A DNA stretch of 64,000 nt from Candidatus Hermodarchaeota archaeon (GTDB lineage Archaea > Asgardarchaeota > Thorarchaeia > Thorarchaeales > Thorarchaeaceae), in assembly GCA_048885865.1 (NCBI GenBank), contig JBHLLF010000015.1:1-64000 (forward strand), read 5' to 3'. The notes under the pieces are model-generated. The model was not told where the DNA came from. It saw only the letters and a list, made by a program, of their open reading frames with translations, and made no database searches. Each line of letters opens with the position of its first letter. Positions within the stretch are counted from its first letter, which is position 1. The position numbers were made by a program, and so were the translations under genes. Shown here one piece after another: positions 58,177 through 64,000 of this stretch.

Positions 58177-58956
58177 TCACCTCCAGGCTAGGAGCGCATC
58201 GCGGTCGATCTTGCCGCCGACTATGTCTAGGTACGCGGCTTCCAGATTCCGCGCATGTGACGCCTCAATGATGTCTTGAGGTGCACCCTGTGTGACAATC
58301 GCACCCTCGTTGAGGATCGCAATGACATCACAGACGTCTTCCGCAAAGCTCGTCATGTGAGTGCAGATGAAGAACGTTGTATCTGTTTCCTCAGAGAGGA
58401 CTAAGATCATGTCCTTGACTATGGCACTTGCACTGGGATCAAGCCGTGAAGTTGGTTCGTCAAGAAAGACGACCTTGGGCTCGTGTAGAAGTGTCGAGGC
58501 GACAAGGACCTTCTGCTTCATGCCTGATGAGTAAGACTCCAGCAAGTCGTCCTGTCTGCCCTCAAGTCCCAGTATGCCAAGTAGGCTGTCAATACGTCTG
58601 TGCACACCATCACCATTCCTACCATTGAGTGCTCCAATAAACTCTAGGAACTCAACAGCAGACAGCTTTGAGTAAAGACCGGGGGTCTCTGGGAGTAGGC
58701 CTGTTATTGCCTTGATAGCGTCGCGATCTTTGCTAACATCCATGCCGCATACTTCGGCATATCCGCTAGTCTGTTTTAATAGACCTGAAAGTATACGGAC
58801 TGTGGTTGTCTTCCCAGCTCCGTTAGGACCAAGGAAGCCAAACCTGTTGCCCGACATCACCTGCAGGTCTAGGTCACGTACGGCTCGAACAGAGTCGAAA
58901 GACTTGTTCAGCCGCTCGGTTCGAATTGTTATTCCGTTTCTAGCCAACTTGCTCAC
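58177..58956 (-). CDS. ABC transporter ATP-binding subunit (paralog)
   Basis: GPNGAGKTT, YSSGMKQK, FLDEPT; same LLAWR C-terminus. Confidence 0.95.
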   Translation of the reverse strand: MSKLARNGITIRTERLNKSFDSVRAVRDLDLQVMSGNRFGFLGPNGAGKTTTVRILSGLLKQTSGYAEVCGMDVSKDRDAIKAITGLLPETPGLYSKLSAVEFLEFIGALNGRNGDGVHRRIDSLLGILGLEGRQDDLLESYSSGMKQKVLVASTLLHEPKVVFLDEPTSRLDPSASAIVKDMILVLSEETDTTFFICTHMTSFAEDVCDVIAILNEGAIVTQGAPQDIIEASHARNLEAAYLDIVGGKIDRDALLAWR

Positions 58957-58966
58957 CGAAATTGTC

Positions 58967-59073
58967 TTGCAGTAAATGTTTACCGCAATCTATGTAAACA
59001 ATCACCACATTTAAATATAAACTTTCCCAAGTACGTAGTGAAGAATTACCCGAAAGCTTTATAGCTGGGTAAT
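58967..59073. promoter_or_regulatory. Divergent promoter region with two inverted repeats
   Basis: TTGCAGTAAA-TG-TTTACCGCAA (58967-58988); ATTACCC-N15-GGGTAAT (59045-59073) bracketing GAAAG-C-TTTATA. Confidence 0.55.
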
Positions 59074-59097
59074 GACGAAAACAGTGAGGATAAGAAG

Positions 59098-59670
59098 ATG
59101 CTACTCTCAGTTCACGAAGCAACGGTCTGGTGGGAATTCCAGCAGGGAAAGACCACTGGTGAAATTGCGAGTGACTATGAGGGCCACGTAGTAGCTCCTC
59201 CATATGTCCATGCCCTTTTCGAGCAGTCTGACAAGAGATCTGAGAGAGAAGGCATTGAGGATGTACAACTTAAGGATACACAGTATGTTTCTAGAGTTCT
59301 TAACAGAGCTCGTTCCAAGATTGAAAAAGCTCTCAGAGACCAGGCGAAAAGTCATCGGCTTGATATTGAAACTGTTCAAGACTACAAGGGGCTACTAAGA
59401 GGATTCGATTACCAGGCAAACACAGAGGTGTATATCATCTATACGATGAAGCTTGGCGTTGTGGTCTGGTATAAGCACGACTCCTATGCTGGCAAGCTCT
59501 GTCCAGATTGTCCAAAGAAGGAAGAATGCCGTGAAACCCTTGATGCCATTATGACTGAATACAACATTACGCTCCGACCAGACGAGGAACAGCTCTACAT
59601 GACTGAACAATCAATTGCCATCTTCAATAAACTCGCTGCCAAAGAAGTACCGAGGTATAAGAGAGGATAA
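59098..59670 (+). CDS. Putative transcription regulator (sigma4/LuxR-like HTH plus CxxC-x5-C domain)
   Basis: LS..E..VW....QGKTTGEIA ... QYVSRVLNRARSKI; CPDCPKKEEC. Confidence 0.65.
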   Translation: MLLSVHEATVWWEFQQGKTTGEIASDYEGHVVAPPYVHALFEQSDKRSEREGIEDVQLKDTQYVSRVLNRARSKIEKALRDQAKSHRLDIETVQDYKGLLRGFDYQANTEVYIIYTMKLGVVVWYKHDSYAGKLCPDCPKKEECRETLDAIMTEYNITLRPDEEQLYMTEQSIAIFNKLAAKEVPRYKRG

Positions 59671-59686
59671 TGGAGAGTAGTGAAAG

Positions 59687-60439
59687 ATGGGTCGGGATTA
59701 TGAAGGGAAATTAATCAGGCCACCAATGGAAACAGTGGCTTATGGGAAAGTGTTCAAGCCCGCAACTGCATTGAGGAACAAGTACTGGTTCATTACGATA
59801 GTGACCTTAGTGACGATGTATGCAATAACCGCAGGCACGTTTCTTGGACTCTTCTACTTGTTATTCATGTTCGACAGCGACCTCTTTCAGTTCTCAGCTT
59901 GGCTCGACGCGGTGTGGACGCCGATCAACTTCTGGTTCTGGACTATCTCCCTCATCATAGTTGTCCCGGTGTTCGTACTGATTCCAATCTATCTGAATCG
60001 GTTTGAATATTCGGTGAGAGGCGAGTCAGGGAAGTCACTGCCTGAGATATACGTCAAGAAAGGACTCATCGATGTCACGGAGAAACATGTGCCGCTTAGA
60101 ACCATCACAAATATAGCGAGCAAGACTGGTCCCTTCGACCGGCTGTTTGGTATAGGCAATGTTGAGATTCATACTGCCGGATATTCTGGCGGGCCGTATG
60201 AAGGAGGAAAGCCGGAAGAGAAGATAGAGGGCATAGTGTTCTATCAGGAGCTGCGGGACTTCATTCTGAGTGAGATGAGGAGCCTAAAAGGCACTTATGC
60301 AACGACAACCGAGGTGCTTACAGAGCAGGACAGTACAATTCGAGTGGGTTCGGTTGAGGAAGCAACACTAGCCACACTGCAAGACCTTCGCCATATACTA
60401 CGTCGAATAGAAGACAAACTTGACAGGAGTGGAGTATGA
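59687..60439 (+). CDS. bPH_2 (YdbS/DUF304-like) membrane protein, copy 1
   Basis: 2 TM, then IYVKKGLI..TEKHVP.RTITNI....GPFDRLFGIG.VEI.TAG. Confidence 0.87.
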   Translation: MGRDYEGKLIRPPMETVAYGKVFKPATALRNKYWFITIVTLVTMYAITAGTFLGLFYLLFMFDSDLFQFSAWLDAVWTPINFWFWTISLIIVVPVFVLIPIYLNRFEYSVRGESGKSLPEIYVKKGLIDVTEKHVPLRTITNIASKTGPFDRLFGIGNVEIHTAGYSGGPYEGGKPEEKIEGIVFYQELRDFILSEMRSLKGTYATTTEVLTEQDSTIRVGSVEEATLATLQDLRHILRRIEDKLDRSGV

Positions 60440-60440
60440 C

Positions 60441-61208
60441 ATGAGCGGTTATTATGACGAGAGAGTGATCAAGCCTCCTATGGAGAGGATAGCCAGTGGG
60501 AAGATCTTCAAGCCAGCCAGGTCCTTAATCTTCAAGGGTTGGTTACAAGCTATCATGTTCTTTGCATTCTGGTGGATTGTCGGAATGACAGCTTGGACTG
60601 GCCTGTCATTCATAATCTTGGTATTCGATAGAGGGCTGACCCCGCTTCAACATGCTCAGTATATGGGAACGTGGTGGTGGATTGTAAACTTATGGTTCTG
60701 GGGAGTAGTTTGCATCATTCTAGGTATCGCTTTCGCGGTTTGGGCTGCATATGTTCTGAAAATCGAGTATTCGATTTTGGCTGAGTCAGGAAGAGCAATG
60801 CCAGAGATCTATGTGAAGAAAGGCATTCTCACAGTGACTGAGAAGCATGTGCCCTTCAGAACAATAACTTCCATCTTCTCGAAGAAAGGTGTGTTCGACA
60901 GGTTGTTTGGGATTGGGAGTGTTGAGATTCAGACTGCCGGGATGACAGGAGGCCCATCCCCTGGCGGGTTCCAACCAAGGCCAGAGGAGAAACTCGAGGG
61001 GCTGCCATACTTCAATGAACTCCGCGACTTCATTCTAAGAGAGCTTCGGAGATTCACAGGTCAATATGTCACAGGAACTGAAGTCGTTGTTCCTGAACAA
61101 GACAGGGCATTTGCAGACCTTGGACAAGGAGAAATACTGCGAACACTTCAGGACGTGCGGGACATTCTCAGGAGGATGGATGAAAAGCTTGACAGGAGGG
61201 ATATATGA
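60441..61208 (+). CDS. bPH_2 membrane protein, copy 2
   Basis: Same architecture; ATG 2 nt after the copy 1 stop. Confidence 0.87.
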   Translation: MSGYYDERVIKPPMERIASGKIFKPARSLIFKGWLQAIMFFAFWWIVGMTAWTGLSFIILVFDRGLTPLQHAQYMGTWWWIVNLWFWGVVCIILGIAFAVWAAYVLKIEYSILAESGRAMPEIYVKKGILTVTEKHVPFRTITSIFSKKGVFDRLFGIGSVEIQTAGMTGGPSPGGFQPRPEEKLEGLPYFNELRDFILRELRRFTGQYVTGTEVVVPEQDRAFADLGQGEILRTLQDVRDILRRMDEKLDRRDI

Positions 61209-61209
61209 G

Positions 61210-61971
61210 ATGAGTGATAGCAAAGTGATCAAACCTCCTTTGGAGGAAATCAAGAGCGGAAAGGTGTTCAAGCCCGCCACGGCATTCGTATACAAGGGCT
61301 GGTTTGGGCTGATTCTAGGAGCCATAGGACTCTGGATCTTTGCAATGCTAGTATGGCTCGGAACAGCGTATCTGGTCATTGTTTTCGATAGTGGAGCCAC
61401 ATTCTCAAGCTTCATTGTCTACCTCAACATCTGGTGGTGGCCAGTCAACTTCTGGTGGTGGGTAGTCAACGCGTTCTGGCTCATCCCTGCAATTCTCGTA
61501 TGGCCCTTCTATGTAAACAGGTTCGAGTACTCAGTGATAGCCCATTCAGGTGAAACAATGCCAGAGATCTATGTCCGCAAGGGAATCATCACGGTCACCG
61601 AGAAACACGTACCATTTCGTACTATAACAAACATATCAAGTAAGGCGGGTCCGATTGATAGACTCTTCAAAATTGGGAGTGTTGAGATTCAGACTGCAGG
61701 TTTCTCGGGAGGGGCTCAGGCTGGGGCGAAACCCGAAGAGAAGCTAGAAGGACTTCATATCTTTGAATCTGTGAGAGACTTTGTGCTAAGAGAGCTTCGG
61801 AGATTCACAGGCCAGTATGTCACCACGACCGAGGTAGTCGCTCCTACTGACAAGCCAGTGCAAAGAATGGATGACACGCTCCAAGACGAAATACTAATCA
61901 CACTACGGCAGATTAGAGATAAGATGGGCCCACTAGATGAAATCTTGGACCTTCTTAAGAAAAGAGCATAG
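61210..61971 (+). CDS. bPH_2 membrane protein, copy 3
   Basis: Same architecture; ATG at 61210 after GGAGG. Confidence 0.87.
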   Translation: MSDSKVIKPPLEEIKSGKVFKPATAFVYKGWFGLILGAIGLWIFAMLVWLGTAYLVIVFDSGATFSSFIVYLNIWWWPVNFWWWVVNAFWLIPAILVWPFYVNRFEYSVIAHSGETMPEIYVRKGIITVTEKHVPFRTITNISSKAGPIDRLFKIGSVEIQTAGFSGGAQAGAKPEEKLEGLHIFESVRDFVLRELRRFTGQYVTTTEVVAPTDKPVQRMDDTLQDEILITLRQIRDKMGPLDEILDLLKKRA

Positions 61972-61983
61972 GCGAGTCAAGGA

Positions 61984-62706
61984 ATGAGCAGTGACGGAAA
62001 AGTAATCAAACCTCCAATTGAGGAAGTAAAGAGCGGAAAGGTGTTCAAGCCATCAAAGGCCTTCCGCAACAAGAACTGGGTTTTGATGATATCTATAGCA
62101 TTGGGAATCTGGGTGACCTTTATCTCCATCATGCTTGGAATTGGGTATCTCGCGTTTGGTCTAATTGGACAGTCAGGCTTTCAGGGCTGGATCGATGTTT
62201 TCTGGAATGTGATCAATCCTTGGTACTGGCTGCTGACTGCTGTCTGGTTCATCCCTGCCTTTATCCTCTACCCAATCTACATCAACGCATTCGAATATTC
62301 AGTCATTGCTGAGTCAGGTGAAACGATGCCTGAGATATACGTGAAGAAAGGTCTCATCAACATCACACGCAAGCACGTTCCCCTGAGAACGATTACTAAC
62401 ATATCAACCCGGGCAGGTCCATTTGACCGCATCTTTGGAATTGGCACTGTTGAGGTGGAAACAGCTGGAGCCTCAGGACCACAAGTTGGGGGATCGGCGG
62501 AGGAGCGTCTGGAAGGGTTGGTCTTCTATGAAGAGCTCCGTGACTTCATCCTACGCGAGTTGCGCAGATTTAAGGATCCGTACGTTACTGGGACAGAGGT
62601 AGTGATTCCAGAGGACGAGAAGATTATCAGAGTGGGCAGTTCAATAGAAGAAGAGGTCCTCAAGGTGCTTGAGGATATCCGCGACCTACTAGGAGATCGC
62701 AGATAG
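61984..62706 (+). CDS. bPH_2 membrane protein, copy 4
   Basis: Same architecture. Confidence 0.87.
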   Translation: MSSDGKVIKPPIEEVKSGKVFKPSKAFRNKNWVLMISIALGIWVTFISIMLGIGYLAFGLIGQSGFQGWIDVFWNVINPWYWLLTAVWFIPAFILYPIYINAFEYSVIAESGETMPEIYVKKGLINITRKHVPLRTITNISTRAGPFDRIFGIGTVEVETAGASGPQVGGSAEERLEGLVFYEELRDFILRELRRFKDPYVTGTEVVIPEDEKIIRVGSSIEEEVLKVLEDIRDLLGDRR

Positions 62707-62708
62707 GA

Positions 62709-63473
62709 GTGAGTGTCATGAGGGAGGGATCTGCTCGAGTCATCAAGCCCCCCAGCGATGAGTTCGAGAGTGGCAGAATATTTAGACCTCTCCCTTCCCT
62801 GCGTCACAAGAAATGGTTGAAATTCATTCTGGCGGCGTTTGCATTCTATGGAGTATTTCTTTTCGCATTCTTTGGACCACCCATTGTCACGGTATTCATA
62901 ATCGAATTCATACCCTTGAACCTTTATCTTCCCATGGACAGTTGGATTGTTGGAAGCCAGATCTATTGGCTAATTACTCCGTTTTGGCTCATTCCGGCAC
63001 TAGTCTGGGTTCATCTCTATGTAAGAAGCATCGAGTATTCTGTTGTAGGTTGGCAGGGAGAAACAATGCCAGAGATCTACCAGAAGAAGGGCATCATCAC
63101 GATAACAAAGAAGCATGTGCCATTCAAGAACATTACCCACGTGAAGAACAGAGTTGGGATATTTGATAGACTGTATGGGATTGGCTGTGTGAAGGTAGAA
63201 ACGGCTGGTGAGAAAGGGGGAATGCAAGCCACAGGGGTGCTGACACTCATTATTTCGCGACTGTTTTCTTCCAGTTCCGAAGAAAACATAGAGGGCATTC
63301 GATTCCACGAGGAATTGAAGAGATTCATCCTGAAAGAGATGCGCGGATTTGGGAAAGCTCCTCTTCATGTTTCCAGGGAGAGAAGAGTCACCTCCAAGGG
63401 TCTTTTCACAGAACGTACTCTGCGAGCCTTTCAGGATGTCAGAGATGCGCTAAGAACTGAAGCACAAAGGTGA
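62709..63473 (+). CDS. bPH_2 membrane protein, copy 5 (most divergent; ATG at 62718 possible)
   Basis: Same core with a hydrophobic insertion (ATGVLTLIISRLF) after the TAG motif. Confidence 0.85.
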   Translation: MSVMREGSARVIKPPSDEFESGRIFRPLPSLRHKKWLKFILAAFAFYGVFLFAFFGPPIVTVFIIEFIPLNLYLPMDSWIVGSQIYWLITPFWLIPALVWVHLYVRSIEYSVVGWQGETMPEIYQKKGIITITKKHVPFKNITHVKNRVGIFDRLYGIGCVKVETAGEKGGMQATGVLTLIISRLFSSSSEENIEGIRFHEELKRFILKEMRGFGKAPLHVSRERRVTSKGLFTERTLRAFQDVRDALRTEAQR

Positions 63474-63569
63474 ATGATAATGCGATCTATGAAGTATGTA
63501 TTGGTGCTATTATTGGGATTGTTGATGTTTTTCTTCTTCCTGGCTCTCTACCTCTCTGGACTTCTCTAA
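63474..63569 (+). CDS. Putative 31-aa single-TM peptide
   Basis: MIMRSMKYVLVLLLGLLMFFFFLALYLSGLL; ATG abuts the copy 5 stop; too short for the ORF track. Confidence 0.5.
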   Translation: MIMRSMKYVLVLLLGLLMFFFFLALYLSGLL

Positions 63570-63572
63570 CAT

Positions 63573-63998
63573 TCAGTAGGTGAAGCCGAGCGGAACCGGG
63601 GGAGTAGTTATTAGTGCTTCTCCGTCGTCCCAGACAACATGAACTCTAGCATACAGATCGATGCCCTCTTCTAGGTCAGGCGAGTAGATTGTTTCACGGT
63701 CGTTAGTGAACTGAATGAGTTGTGAGCTATTTGAGGACACAGTGAACTCATCGAAGCAACAGGTAAGGCCTGGCTGAATCTTGAATGTGTGTAGGATGTT
63801 TCTACTGCCGCCAAAATAGACTGTGACTGCGCGGACATTCAGCCCAAACACAGTTGTATTGGCGCGATTAGTCGCATTTAGACGGATTATTAGATAGAAT
63901 GGAGGCCCCTCAGGAGGGATTTCAGGCATGAAGTCTTGCCAAAAGTATGCGGTGGCAGTTAGCTCGAAATCATCCACAATTACAGGTTCGACAGACTG
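63573..63998 (-). CDS. Hypothetical beta-rich protein (5'-truncated by window edge)
   Basis: Frame open to the edge; FWQDFMP motif and sequons suggest an extracellular domain. Confidence 0.6.
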   Translation of the reverse strand, partial: QSVEPVIVDDFELTATAYFWQDFMPEIPPEGPPFYLIIRLNATNRANTTVFGLNVRAVTVYFGGSRNILHTFKIQPGLTCCFDEFTVSSNSSQLIQFTNDRETIYSPDLEEGIDLYARVHVVWDDGEALITTPPVPLGFTY

Positions 63999-64000
63999 TG

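Noticed and set aside
61066-61209. Extended start of bPH_2 copy 3 suggesting a frameshift or fusion with copy 2
   Set aside because: Each copy has its own stop, RBS and aligned N-terminal motif, so the extension is an incidental open frame.
53-63368. Numerous 60-210 aa ORFs antisense to or overlapping the called genes (e.g. 11654..12196, 43110..43748, 35387..35896)
   Set aside because: They shadow well-supported genes, have Ser/Pro/Thr-biased composition and show no motifs.
59687-63473. Diversity-generating retroelement acting on the bPH_2 array
   Set aside because: There is no reverse transcriptase in the window and no template/variable repeat pair differing only at adenines.
1-64000. rRNA, tRNA, CRISPR array, transposase or integrase
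   Set aside because: No cloverleaf/T-loop pattern, regularly spaced repeats or mobile-element motifs were seen by eye in the short intergenic regions; a covariance-model scan would be needed to exclude them fully.

Overview
A gene-dense, moderate-GC archaeal region with about 70 CDS. I found no rRNA, tRNA, CRISPR array or recognisable mobile element. Gene content and signals (GGTGA/GGAGG ribosome-binding sites, TATA-like promoters, TrmB and Lrp regulators, short-type AlaRS, an LRR protein, many Zn-ribbon membrane proteins) suggest an Asgard archaeon, probably Thorarchaeia; this is an inference, not a classification. Housekeeping and metabolic genes include two tandem acyl-CoA ligases, ahcY, alaS, PiT with DUF47, an acyl-CoA dehydrogenase, a class II photolyase and an extracellular nuclease. 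Four candidate systems stand out. (1) 13.6-23.4 kb: a GPH sugar transporter, a GH94-like enzyme, a corrinoid protein, three different MtaA/UroD-fold proteins and a TrmB-MEDS regulator, consistent with cobalamin-dependent demethylation of methylated sugars. (2) 55.7-63.6 kb: five tandem bPH_2 (YdbS-like) membrane proteins with variable TM segments, led by an unusual HTH/Cys3 regulator, followed by an unannotated 31-aa TM peptide, and divergent from an ABC exporter with two ATPases. (3) Two inverted, sequon-rich type-I membrane paralogs with a shared promoter that resemble eukaryotic lysosomal GLMP/NCU-G1. (4) A kinase-fold protein coupled to a class III PLP enzyme. All family assignments come from motif recognition by eye; no searches were run.
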